The notes under the pieces were generated by a model that made no database searches, was not told where the DNA came from, and worked only from the letters and a program-made list of their open reading frames with translations. Shown piece by piece: positions 54,386 to 64,000 of a stretch of DNA of 64,000 nucleotides. The stretch lies in assembly GCA_963713325.1 (NCBI GenBank), contig CAVQLL010000026.1:3815-67814 (forward strand), read 5' to 3'. The stretch's first letter is position 1. Each line of letters begins with the position of its first letter. Origin of the DNA: an uncultured Actinomycetota bacterium. GTDB taxonomy: Bacteria; Actinomycetota; Actinomycetes; Actinomycetales; Microbacteriaceae. The translations under genes were made by a program, and so were the position numbers.

Positions 54386-55129
54386 ATGACCGAATTCGAT
54401 GGCGCAGTGGCGATCGTGACCGGCGGTGCGAGCGGCCTCGGCGCTGCCACGGCCGCCCTTCTGGTTGAGCGCGGTGCGCGGGTCGCGGTGCTCGATCGCG
54501 ACACCTCGGGGGTTCCCGCCGGCTGCTTCGGCGTGGTCTGCGACGTGACCGATGCGGCGCAGGTCGACGCGGCCGTGGCGGCCGTGGTCGAGCAGTACGG
54601 CTCGCTCGACATCGTGATCAACAATGCCGGCATCGGCGCTGCAGGAGACATCGCAGCGAACGATGACGCGGAGTGGCATCGGGTTCTGGACGTGAACGTC
54701 GTCGGCATCGCGCGCGTCACCCGCGCCGCGCTGCCGCACCTTCGCACCTCGGCGCGCGCTGCGGTGGTGAACACCTCGTCGGTGGCCGCCACCGTCGGAT
54801 TGCCCAATCGTGCGCTGTACTCCGCGAGCAAGGGCGCCGTCTCCGCGCTCACCCTCGCCATGGCAGCCGACCACGTGCGTGAGGGCATCCGGGTCAACGC
54901 GGTCACGCCCGGAACCGCCGACACACCGTGGGTCGGTCGACTGCTGGATGCCGCCGATGACCGGGATGCCGCGGCAGCCGCTCTTCGCGCCCGCCAGCCG
55001 ATCGGCCGGCTGGTGACCGCGGACGAAGTCGCCAACGCGATCGTCTACCTCGCCTCCCCGAACTCCTCATCCACCACCGGGACGCTGCTCGCGGTCGACG
55101 GCGGAATGGCCGGACTCCGCCTGCCCTGA
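54386..55129 (+). CDS. SDR oxidoreductase (2-keto-3-deoxy sugar-acid dehydrogenase-like)
   Basis: TGGASGLG, NNAG, YSASK, PGTADTPWV. Confidence 0.9.
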   Translation: MTEFDGAVAIVTGGASGLGAATAALLVERGARVAVLDRDTSGVPAGCFGVVCDVTDAAQVDAAVAAVVEQYGSLDIVINNAGIGAAGDIAANDDAEWHRVLDVNVVGIARVTRAALPHLRTSARAAVVNTSSVAATVGLPNRALYSASKGAVSALTLAMAADHVREGIRVNAVTPGTADTPWVGRLLDAADDRDAAAAALRARQPIGRLVTADEVANAIVYLASPNSSSTTGTLLAVDGGMAGLRLP

Positions 55130-55205
55130 TTCACCCGAAGAGGCGATCGCGCAGAGACGGGCGGCGCCGACCGGCGCTGTCGGCGGGGCATGCCAGAGTG
55201 GTCGA

Positions 55206-56083
55206 ATGCGACGCGTCGGTGCGATCTTCACGCCCTACTCCCCGCCCGAGGCTCTGCGCGACGCCGCGCAGGCCGCCGACGGTTCCGGAGTGCCCGAACT
55301 CTGGCTGTGGGAGGACTGCTTCCGCGAGTCGGCTTTCGCGGCGGCATCCGCTGTTCTCGCCTGGACCACGCGTCTGCGCGTCGGAATCGGTGTGGCGCCG
55401 ATGCCGCTGCGCAACGTCGCGCTGACGGCGATGGAGATCGCGACCGTCGAGCGGCTGTTTCCGGGGCGACTCATCCCGGGAGTCGGGCACGGGGTGCTGC
55501 CGTGGATGGCGCAGGTCGGGGCTCGGGTGGCATCGCCGCTCACCCTGATGCGCGAGTACGTTCCGGCCCTCCGCTCGCTCCTTGCGGGCGAGGAGGTCAG
55601 CGCGGAAGGCCGCTACGTGACCCTCGACCACGTGCGGCTGGACTGGCCACCCGCGCAGGCGCCCGGGATCGTCGTGGCAGGCGAGGGCCCGAAGACGGTG
55701 CGGCTCACCGGCGAGGTCGGCGACGGCACGGTGCTGCCGGGCGGGAGCAACCCCGACCGGGTCGCGCGCACGCTCGCGCTCGGCGCGTGGAAGGAAGAGC
55801 GGATGCCGGCCGCGACGACTCCCACGAGCTCGTGGTGTTCGTCTCCGCGGCCTTCGGTGGCGAGGCGGCGCGGGCTCAGCTCGCCGACGACCTCGTGCGG
55901 TGGAACGGCGCGGTCGATCCCGCGCTGATGGTCGTGGGCGACGCTGCGGGGGTGGCGGAGGCGATCGAACCGTTCTTCGCGGCGGGCGCCACGTCGGTCA
56001 TCCTGCAGCCCCGCGAGGAGGAGACCGATCTCGCGAGCTTCATGGCCGGAACCGGCGAAGTCGCCCGGCTGGTGGGCCGGTGA
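55206..56083 (+). CDS. LLM-class flavin-dependent oxidoreductase, apparent frameshift near 55800
   Basis: LWLWEDCF, G.GHG, GPKT..L.GEV.DG. Confidence 0.85.
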
Positions 56084-56159
56084 GAGCTTGGCAGGATTGC
56101 GGTCGCTTTCGGCGGGTTCGGTCAGGCGATCGGGACGGCATCGGCGCAGTATTGGCGTC

Positions 56160-56477
56160 ATGACATCGAACGATGCGGTTGTGCGGATGTGGCGAGGCGT
56201 CGTCCGCACCGAAGACCGTGACGAGTACGTCGCCTACATCGAGCGCACCGGCATGGACGAGTATCGGGCGACTCCCGGCAACCTCGACGCGTGGATGCTC
56301 ACGCGCGACATCGGCGGCGGCCTCACCGAGATCGTGACCGTGTCGCGGTGGGAGACCCTGGATGCGATCCGCGGGTTCGCCGGCGACGACATCGAACGGG
56401 CGGTCTTCTACCCCGAGGATGACCGCTTTCTGGTGGAGCGCGACGTCACGGTGCGGCACTACTCGCAGGTGGCGTGA
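56160..56477 (+). CDS. Antibiotic-biosynthesis-monooxygenase-like (dimeric alpha+beta barrel) protein
   Basis: RMWRG...Y..TPGN...W...DAIR.FAG.DIE.AVFYPED. Confidence 0.8.
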   Translation: MTSNDAVVRMWRGVVRTEDRDEYVAYIERTGMDEYRATPGNLDAWMLTRDIGGGLTEIVTVSRWETLDAIRGFAGDDIERAVFYPEDDRFLVERDVTVRHYSQVA

Positions 56478-56505
56478 GGCGCTCCGCTCGGGCCGACGAC
56501 CAGGC

Positions 56506-56991
56506 TCAGTTCGATTGCGCCTCTGCGAGCAGCGCGGCGATCGGCGCGGGAACGCGGTGCAGCGGCACCGCCTCGGCCATGATGCGCGCATAGCGGAGCT
56601 TGTTGCCGCTGCGCCCGCCGAAGAACCGGGAGAGCTGCTGCTCCACTGAGCGACCGCGCTGGGCGGGCTGCTGCTGCAGGCGCCGGAACGACTCGAGCTC
56701 ACGCTGCTCGTCGATCAGCGACTCGACCGCTCCGACGCCGAGCGCCCGCACGAGCTCGCCCTCGAGGTCGGGGTCGCACACGAACACGGTTTCCAGAAAG
56801 CGCTCGAAGTCATGCCGCTCCGCACGGTCGACCAGGCCGAGCAGCCGCTCGCCGACGTGCGAATCCTTCGCGCCCCGTGCACCCTTCGAACCGCCGACCG
56901 CGAGCACCTCGGGCATGGTCGCGCCCAGTCGCGCACCGAGGATCTCGACGGCCACGCGATCGCTCTCGCCCTCGACGATGATGACGGTCAT
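56506..56991 (-). CDS. Stand-alone TOPRIM (OLD-type) domain protein
   Basis: IIVEGESD, GG, D.AE, DLEGEL, K.RYA. Confidence 0.75.
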   Translation of the reverse strand: MTVIIVEGESDRVAVEILGARLGATMPEVLAVGGSKGARGAKDSHVGERLLGLVDRAERHDFERFLETVFVCDPDLEGELVRALGVGAVESLIDEQRELESFRRLQQQPAQRGRSVEQQLSRFFGGRSGNKLRYARIMAEAVPLHRVPAPIAALLAEAQSN

Positions 56992-57072
56992 GCAGTACGA
57001 GTATGGCGGCGCGGGCGACGTCGATCGCTCGCGACGGTCGACGGCCGGCGAACGCATGGGTAGCGTCGGATT

Positions 57073-57561
57073 GTGCCGAAGGATGACCGCGACGAGGTGG
57101 ACGCGCTGATCGCGGCGTGGTCCAAGCGGCTCCCTGAGGTGGACGTCACCCCGCTGGAAGTCATGTCGCGCCTGCGCCGCGTGTCGATCCGGCTCGGGCG
57201 CATCCGGGCCGGTGCCTTCGCGACAGCCGGACTCGCCTCGTGGGAGTTCGACGTCCTCGCCGCGCTTCGCCGAGCGGATCCTCCCCACGAACTGAGCCCC
57301 GCACAGCTGATCCAGCGGACGATGATCGGCAGCGCGGCCATGACGAACCGCATCGCCCACCTGGTCGATCGGGGGTACGTCGAGCGGCAATCCCATCCGA
57401 GCGACGGTCGCAGCGTGCTCGTGCGTCTCACCGAAGAAGGGCAGGTGCGAGTGGATGCCGCGATGACCGAGCTGATCCGTCGCGAGGCGCTCGCTCTCAG
57501 CATCCTGAGCCCGCAGGAGGTGGCCGAGCTCGCTCGTGTCATGCGGCCGCTGATGGGCTGA
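57073..57561 (+). CDS. MarR-family regulator (TamR/PecS-like)
   Basis: DEVD.LI.AW, EFDVLAALRR, DGRSVLVRLT. Confidence 0.9.
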   Translation: MPKDDRDEVDALIAAWSKRLPEVDVTPLEVMSRLRRVSIRLGRIRAGAFATAGLASWEFDVLAALRRADPPHELSPAQLIQRTMIGSAAMTNRIAHLVDRGYVERQSHPSDGRSVLVRLTEEGQVRVDAAMTELIRREALALSILSPQEVAELARVMRPLMG

Positions 57562-57603
57562 CCGCGGGGTAGCCGTCTCGCAGCTCGTGCACGCAGTCGG
57601 CGG

Positions 57604-58923
57604 TCAGCGCCGCGCCCTGGGCGGATCGAGCCCGAGTCGGATGCGGGTGCGCTTGCGCTCGAGCACGATGAAGAACCCACCGACGAGCCACAGCGGCACC
57701 TGAGTGAGGAACGCGAGGCGGAACGCCTCGAGCGTGAACGTCGCCGGAGTTCCCGCGCCCTGCAGGTCGAGCGCGAGGCCGATCAGGAAGATCGCGATGA
57801 GGCCCGCGAGGAAGCCGCCCGAGTTCGTGATGCCCGTCGCCGTGCTGAGCCGGTGGCTCGGGTTGTGCGTGCGCGCATGGTCGAACGCGATCATGGATGC
57901 CGGACCGCCCGTGGCGAGGGCGATCATGAGCACGAAGAGCAGCCACAACGGAGCAGGTGTCGGCCACGCGATGACGACGAGCCACGCGATCATCTGCACC
58001 GCGACGGTCGGGAGCACGAGCGCACGCGAGCGCCAGAGGGGCAGCCGGCTGGAGAGCGCACCCATGAACGGGCCGATCACGATGCCCGCGAGCACGAGCA
58101 CGGTCGTGATGCCTGCTGCCTCGGCCTGCGTCCGGCCCTCTCCGGCGGTGAGGAACGGGATGCCCCACAGCATGATGAACGCCGTGCCGGCGAACGGTGT
58201 GGTGAAGTGCGACCAGAAGGCGAGTCTCGTACCCGGATGCGACCACGCCGCGCGGATGCCGACACGGTTGTCGACCGCGGACGTCACGACTCGGATCGCT
58301 CCGGTGTCGGTGTCGACGGACACATCGGCCTCGCGATCGGGCGGGTGATTGCGGATCACGGCGAACACGAGGACCGTGAAGAGCACCCCGAGCCCGGCGA
58401 TGCTGCCGAACGCGATCGACCACGACGTCGCGTGCAGGAGCGCCGCCAGGGGAATGATCGCGATGATCTGTCCGAGCTGCCCGAAGATCCCGGTCATCTG
58501 CACCATGACCGGCGCGCGCTGCGCAGGGAACCAGGTCGCGATGACGCGGAGCACACTGGGGAACACCGCGGCATCCCCGGCTCCGAGCAGCATTCTCGCG
58601 GCGATCGCGACGCCGACGTTGGGGGAGAACGCCATGACGAGCTGGCCGATCGCCATGAGCAGGATGCCGATCGTGATGATGGGACGCGCGCCGTAACGGT
58701 CGAGCCACACTCCGACCGGGATCTGCATGAACCCGTAGACGCCGAGCTGCAGCACCGCGAACATCGACAGCGTCGAGGCGTCCACATGGAATCGATCGGC
58801 CGTGTCGACGCCCACTGCGGCCAGCGAGGTGCGATTGGTGATCGCCAGGATGTACGCGGCGGCTCCGACGCCCCAGATCACCCATGCGCGCCACGACGGC
58901 GCGGACTGGGGGGAAGTGGTCAC
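57604..58923 (-). CDS. MFS transporter
   Basis: About 12 TM helices, G.WLDRYGAR motif A. Confidence 0.92.
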   Translation of the reverse strand: MTTSPQSAPSWRAWVIWGVGAAAYILAITNRTSLAAVGVDTADRFHVDASTLSMFAVLQLGVYGFMQIPVGVWLDRYGARPIITIGILLMAIGQLVMAFSPNVGVAIAARMLLGAGDAAVFPSVLRVIATWFPAQRAPVMVQMTGIFGQLGQIIAIIPLAALLHATSWSIAFGSIAGLGVLFTVLVFAVIRNHPPDREADVSVDTDTGAIRVVTSAVDNRVGIRAAWSHPGTRLAFWSHFTTPFAGTAFIMLWGIPFLTAGEGRTQAEAAGITTVLVLAGIVIGPFMGALSSRLPLWRSRALVLPTVAVQMIAWLVVIAWPTPAPLWLLFVLMIALATGGPASMIAFDHARTHNPSHRLSTATGITNSGGFLAGLIAIFLIGLALDLQGAGTPATFTLEAFRLAFLTQVPLWLVGGFFIVLERKRTRIRLGLDPPRARR

Positions 58924-59000
58924 AGTGATCTGACGTCGAGGGGGCGGGTTCTTCCAGCCTACCCGGGCAGTTCAGGCGGCTATGCCGCGCTGTTCAGCGG

Positions 59001-59307
59001 TCACTGGTGGGCCAGCGCGTCCCAGTTGACGTCGATCATGCGCGGCTTTCGCTGCGAGATCCGCGCGCGGAGCACCATGCCGACCTTCGGCCAGTAGCGG
59101 CGATCGAGGATCACCTCCGTGGTCAGCGGTTCGTGCTCGAGCCCCGGCCCCTCGAGGATCAGATCCATCTCGCACGCCTGGTAGCGCAGCCAGCCCTTCG
59201 GCGCGGACAGGGAGACGATCCGGATGGTGCCGTTGATCGCATCCGCCATCGGCGAGCCGGTCAGCCGTTCGAGCGTTTCCGCGGCCTCCTTCCTCCCACT
59301 CCTCCAT
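59001..59307 (-). CDS. Hypothetical protein; start uncertain
   Basis: GC3-biased frame ending IDVNWDALAHQ. Confidence 0.5.
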
Positions 59308-59410
59308 ACAGCGAGGCTATCGGTCGGCAGTCGGTCGCCTCGGCGCGCGCACCTGGGCACCGAAGGGCGCATCCGCTGAAGACGCCTCCTCAGCAATTGC
59401 CGCGGCAGCG

Positions 59411-59662
59411 CGTTTCGTCTCCTCGCTGCGCTCGTCGCTCAACGACCGAGGGAGCCGGTCGCTGCGCTCGTCGCTCAACGACCGAGGGAGCCGGTCGCTG
59501 CGCTCGTCGCTCAACGACCGAGGGAGCCGGTCGCTGCGCTCGTCGCTCAACGACCGAGGGAGCCGGTCGCTGCGCTCGTCGCTCAACGACCGAGGGATCC
59601 GGTCGTTGAGCGCCCTTCGTCTCGCTTCGCTCGCTCAGGAACCGCGAAGCGAGACGAAACGC
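59411..59662. repeat. REP-like element with five tandem 36-bp units
   Basis: GCTGCGCTCGTCGCTCAACGACCGAGGGAGCCGGTC x5 (59425-59604) between inverted CGTTTCGTCTC / GAGACGAAACG ends. Confidence 0.92.
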
Positions 59663-59663
59663 C

Positions 59664-61374
59664 TCAGCCGCCCGCGTACATCCCGAGGTGCGCGTGCACC
59701 GCGGAGATCGCGACCGAGCCCTCGCCCACCGCAGACGCGACGCGCTTGACCGAGCCGCGGCGCACGTCGCCGACCGCGAAGAATCCGGGCACCGACGACT
59801 CGAACTGAGACGGTCCGCCGTCACCGCCGAGCCAGGCCCGTCGACCGCCTTCGCTGAGGACGTCGGCGCCGGTGATGACCGATCCCCACTGGTCGCGCAG
59901 CACCTCCGGTGCGAGCCACTCGGTGTGCGGTCGCGCGCCGATCGTGATGAAGACGGCCTCGGCGGGCACCTCGAGCTTCTCGCCGGAGTCGGTGCGCTCG
60001 AGCACCACATGGTCGAGCCGGTCGGATTCGTGGGCGCCGGCGTCGACGACCCGTGTGCCGGTGATGAGGCCGACCCCCGCGGCATCCAGCTGGTCGATGA
60101 GGTAGCGAGACATGCTCTCGGCGAGCGAGGGACCGCGGACGACGAGCGAGACGGATTTCGCGTAGCGGGCGAGGTGCAGCGCGGCCTGCCCGGCGGAATT
60201 GCCGCCGCCCACGACGAGCACGGAGCGCCCCGTCTGCGCCCGGGCCTCGACCGACGACGCCCCGTAGAAGACCGACGCGCCGACGAACCGCCGCAGGCCC
60301 GGCGCGGCGAGCCGTCGGTAGCTCACCCCCGACGCGAGAACGACAGCTCGCGAGCGGACGACCTCGCCCCCGTCGACGTGCAGTTCGAAGCCGCCGTCAG
60401 CGAGGTTCATGCCGATGACGCGACGCGTGTGGGCGAAGCGGGCACCGAACGTCCATGCCTGCTGGTACGCGCGCTGCGCCAATTCGGAACCCGAGACCCC
60501 TCGTGAGAAGCCCAGGTAGTTGCGGATGAGCGAACTGGAGCCGGCCTGACCGCCGATCGACTCGCCTTCGAGCACGAGTGTGTTCAGACCCTCGGATGCC
60601 GCGTACACCGCCGCGGCAAGGCCGCCCGGCCCTGCACCGACGATCGCGAGTTCGACGGGGTCTTCGGGCAATGACGTGTCCAGACCGTAGGAGCGCGCCA
60701 AGCGTGGCGTCGTCGGGATCGACGAGGATGACGCCGCTCGCCGTCCGCACGAGCGGCTCGCCTTCGTAGTCGACGCCCCAGTCCGCCAGTAACTCCATCG
60801 CCTCCGGCGAGCTCGGGTCGAGGTGGTCCGACGCCACACCGGCGCGGGCCAGGAGCCGCTGCAGTTCGTGCGTGCGGGGCTGGGAGTGGTCGCCGATCAC
60901 CGTGAAGCCGCGCCATCGCTTTCCTCTGGAGGACTCCCACTCGTGGAGGAAGTCGGTCACGGCGCGGTGGAACGACTCGTCGGGCGAGTGCACGGGCCGC
61001 ACCACGTAGTAGTCGATCTGCACGCGCGACATGAGCTCGAGCACGGCCGCAGTGGTCTCGCGGTCGGCCCACGATCCCCATTCGATGACGAGTCCGCGCC
61101 GCACGTCCGGAAAGCTGCGTCTCGCCGCCGCGAAGACACTCTCGTGGTCGGCGGTCGGTGAGGCGTCGTCGGCGAGCACGAGCGCGAGATCCTCGCCCGC
61201 GGCGTGCAGGTCGTCGATCGCTTCGGCGGCATGCGCCGGGCTGCTCGTGCCGATGACGCGATAGTCCTGCGCGTACCGGCGCTTCAGAGGTTCGAGCAGG
61301 GCGTCGCGGAGCCGATCGTCGGCCGAGACGACGAGGATCGCGGTCGGTCGATGCGACGGTGATTCAGCGTCCAT
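59664..61374 (-). CDS. Receiver-like domain fused to TrxB-like FAD oxidoreductase, apparent frameshift near 60700
   Basis: GAGPGG, GGQAG.SS.IRNYLGF, GGGNSAGQ, GDVR.GSVKRVASAVGEG. Confidence 0.88.
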
Positions 61375-61509
61375 GCGTACGCCCCCATTGCGCCGGCGAA
61401 CCCCTCGACCGGCACGCGGCGAGTGTACCGCTGGTGTCCACGGCCCGACCAGTGCCGTTCGCCGCCCGGCCATGCATGCTCGCGATCGCGCGGTGGCTAG
61501 ACTCCGGGC

Positions 61510-62270
61510 ATGTCGTTCAACGTTGCGGCGACGGCGTACGACCGGTTCATGGGGCGGTTCTCCCGGCCTCTGTCGGTCGGGTTCGCCGACTGGATCGACC
61601 TGCACGAGGGACAGGAGCGCGCTGGACGTCGGCTGCGGCCCCGGTGCGCTCACCGAGGTGCTCGCCGATCGGCTGGGGGCGGCATCCGTCACGGCCGTCG
61701 ACCCTTCCGAGCCGTTCGTCGAGGCGGCTCGTGAGCGCTTGCCCGGAGTGACGGTGCTCCAGGCATCGGCGGAGTCGCTCCCGTTCGACGACGCTGCGCT
61801 TCGATCGCACGGTCGCTCAGCTGGTCGTCCACTTCATGAGCGACCCGGCGGCCGGGGTGCGCGAGCTGCGCCGCGTGACCCGCGAGGGGGGCATCGTCGC
61901 CGTAAATGTCTGGGACTTCGAGGGCGGACGCGCGCCGCAATCGGTGTTCTTCCGAGCACTGCTCTCGGTCATGCCCGACGCCGACGACGAGGTCGCCCGG
62001 CCAGGCGCGCGAAAGGGCGAACTCGCCGCGCTGCTTCGCGAGGCCGGATGCCGCGACATCGAGGAGGCGGAGCTCGAGGTGACGGTGACCTCGCCGACCT
62101 TCGACGAATGGTGGCAGCCGTACACGCTCGGCGTCGGACCCGCCGGCGCCCAGTACGCACGACTCGACGAGGCACGTCAGCGCGCCGTGGAGGAGCGCTG
62201 CCGCGAGCTGCTCGGCGACGGGCCGATCAGCAGCACCGCAACGGCGTGGGCGGCGAAAGGCAGCCGCTGA
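61510..62270 (+). CDS. Class I SAM-dependent methyltransferase, apparent frameshifts near 61615 and 61800
   Basis: YDRFMGRFS, LDVGCGPGALT, AESLPF, LVVHFM. Confidence 0.85.
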
Positions 62271-62273
62271 CCG

Positions 62274-63299
62274 CTACAGCGCGGCGTCGGAGACGACCTT
62301 GACGACCGGCCACGCTCCCTCGGAGCTGTTGCCGAGAACGCTCGCCGTCATGACGGTGCGCGGGTCGTGGATCGACCGGAACGACACGCCCGCGTCGTAG
62401 CCCTCCATGGCGAGCTGGGGTCCGGTCGGACCGATGTAGACGCCCATCCCGTAGCGCAGTCCCTCTTCGGGCACGTCGTACCGCGGTCGGGTCATCTCGT
62501 CGACCGTGCGTTCGCTCACGATTCGCCCGCCGAGCAGCGCGCGCCAGAACGTGTGGAGGTCGTCCGCGGTCGTGTAGATGCCGCCGTCCCCGTTGCCGCG
62601 GATCGGGAGGTGGAGCACGTTCGTGCGGTCGCCCTCATTGAACAGGTAGCCGAGTGCGGCATCCCCGGGCAGCTCGTCAGAGCGCAGGAACGACGTCTTG
62701 GTCAGGCCGGCTCGCGCGCAGACCTCCTCTTCCACCAGGTCGTGATACTCGCGACCGCTGGCGCGCTGCGCAATCACCGCGAGCACGATGTAGCCGCCGT
62801 TGCAGTACGAGAACCGCTCGCCCGGCGGGAACGACTGCGGGAAGCCGTCGACGACGGGCACGAACGCCTCTGTGTCGCCGAGCGTGTGCACCGGCACGGG
62901 CATCACGTAGTCCTCGGGATCCCAGTCGGCTTCCTCATCCAGATAGTCGCCGATTCCGGATGTGTGAGTGAGGAGGTGCTCCACCGTCACCGCGTCGTCG
63001 ATGAGCGGAAGGTCGGCACCGAGGATGCCGCGAACCCGCGTATCCAGCGACAGCACGCCCTCCTCGACCAGGCGCAGCACGGCGAGCGCGGTGAACGTCT
63101 TGCTGCCGCTCGCGATGGCGAAGCGCGTGTGCGCGGTGTTCGGCACTCGCAGTGCGCGGTTCGCGTAGCCCTCCACGCGCTCGAATCGGCGCTCATCGCC
63201 GACGTCGACGGTGAAGACCCCGGTGAACGACTCTTTCAGTGTCGCGGCATCCAGCGCTTCCTCGTCGAGGATCAACTCGCCGGGGTGTTCCCTGTTCAT
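62274..63299 (-). CDS. Serine hydrolase (beta-lactamase family)
   Basis: ASGSK SxxK motif, LLTHTSG, FSYCN. Confidence 0.92.
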   Translation of the reverse strand: MNREHPGELILDEEALDAATLKESFTGVFTVDVGDERRFERVEGYANRALRVPNTAHTRFAIASGSKTFTALAVLRLVEEGVLSLDTRVRGILGADLPLIDDAVTVEHLLTHTSGIGDYLDEEADWDPEDYVMPVPVHTLGDTEAFVPVVDGFPQSFPPGERFSYCNGGYIVLAVIAQRASGREYHDLVEEEVCARAGLTKTSFLRSDELPGDAALGYLFNEGDRTNVLHLPIRGNGDGGIYTTADDLHTFWRALLGGRIVSERTVDEMTRPRYDVPEEGLRYGMGVYIGPTGPQLAMEGYDAGVSFRSIHDPRTVMTASVLGNSSEGAWPVVKVVSDAAL

Positions 63300-63411
63300 G
63301 CCGCGAAGCCTACGCCGTGGTCTCGGCGACGGAATGGCGCCCGGGCACCGCTGCACCGTTACGATTCCGGGAGGGCCATGACAGGGCTGTCGTGGCGGGA
63401 GTGAGGATGCA

Positions 63412-64000
63412 GTGTCGATCCATGTGCGCGTGCGCGCCGAGCGTTCGCCGGGCGAGAAGCGCGTCGCAGCGACGCCTGACAGCGTGAAGAAGCTGCTCGC
63501 TGCCGGTGCGACCGTCGACGTCGAGGCGGGCGCCGGGCTGGGCTCCCTCATCACGGATGCCGCGTACGAAGCGGCCGGGGCACGCATCGTCAGTCGCGAC
63601 GACACGTTCGACGCCGGTGTCCTCTTCCACGTGCGTCCGCTCACCGCCCCGGAGGCCGCAGCGCTGCCGGTCGGAACGGTGACGGTGGGCTCGCTCGACC
63701 CGTTCCAGAACGCGGCCGCGGTGGCGGCCGCTCGCGACGCCGGGATCACGACGTTCGCACTCGACATGCTGCCGCGGATCTCTCGCGCGCAGTCCATGGA
63801 CGTCCTGTCCTCGCAGGCGCTCCTGGCCGGCTACCGCCTGGTGACCCTCGCCGCCGATGCCTTCGGGCGCATGTTCGGAATGACGATGACCGCCGCGGGC
63901 ACGCTGGCCCCGGCGCGCGTGCTCGTGCTCGGCGCGGGCGTCGCCGGCCTGCAGGCCATCGCGACCGCCAAGCGCCTCGGCGGCGTCGTCTCGGCCAACG
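63412..64000 (+). CDS. pntA: NAD(P) transhydrogenase alpha subunit, 3'-partial
   Basis: E.RVAATP, PRISRAQSMDVLSSQ..LAGY, TAAG, GAGVAGLQAI; runs off the window. Confidence 0.93.
   Translation, partial: MSIHVRVRAERSPGEKRVAATPDSVKKLLAAGATVDVEAGAGLGSLITDAAYEAAGARIVSRDDTFDAGVLFHVRPLTAPEAAALPVGTVTVGSLDPFQNAAAVAAARDAGITTFALDMLPRISRAQSMDVLSSQALLAGYRLVTLAADAFGRMFGMTMTAAGTLAPARVLVLGAGVAGLQAIATAKRLGGVVSAN

Noticed and set aside
31190-55129. Intact prophage or ICE downstream of tRNA-Arg
   Set aside because: No integrase, transposase, phage structural or conjugation genes, and I saw no distal att copy in the window
59425-59604. 36-bp repeats as a CRISPR array
   Set aside because: Units are directly adjacent with no unique spacers, there are no cas genes, and the sequence belongs to the dispersed REP-like family

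Overview
High-GC (~70%) actinobacterial chromosome segment. Gene content and synteny point to Microbacteriaceae, probably Microbacterium (inference). 1-31 kb is mostly core genome: cspA, groEL with two CIRCE boxes, WXG100 plus a two-component system, a folE/ferredoxin-reductase/folP/RibD_C operon, the XPB helicase pair, serC, a DtxR/IdeR regulator, an M23 peptidase, an HNH nuclease, PecS/PecM-like genes, the imuA'-imuB-dnaE2 cassette and tRNA-Arg(CCT). A 16-bp copy of the tRNA 3' end marks an old integration site. Accessory DNA follows: a hydrolase-LuxR regulator, YefM-YoeB, a MalT-like LuxR/DUF2252/K-channel/cardiolipin synthase module with a repeated palindromic motif, a sugar-acid catabolic cluster, assorted enzymes and the start of pntA. 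About 15 genes, including serC, carry single-base frameshifts that are most likely assembly errors. Best candidates for undescribed biology: a leader-peptide/terminator attenuator upstream of the HNH nuclease, the LuxR-DUF2252 module with its candidate operator, and the auxiliary folate/pterin operon. No CRISPR array, integrase or transposase was seen. Family assignments come from recognising motifs by eye, not from database searches.
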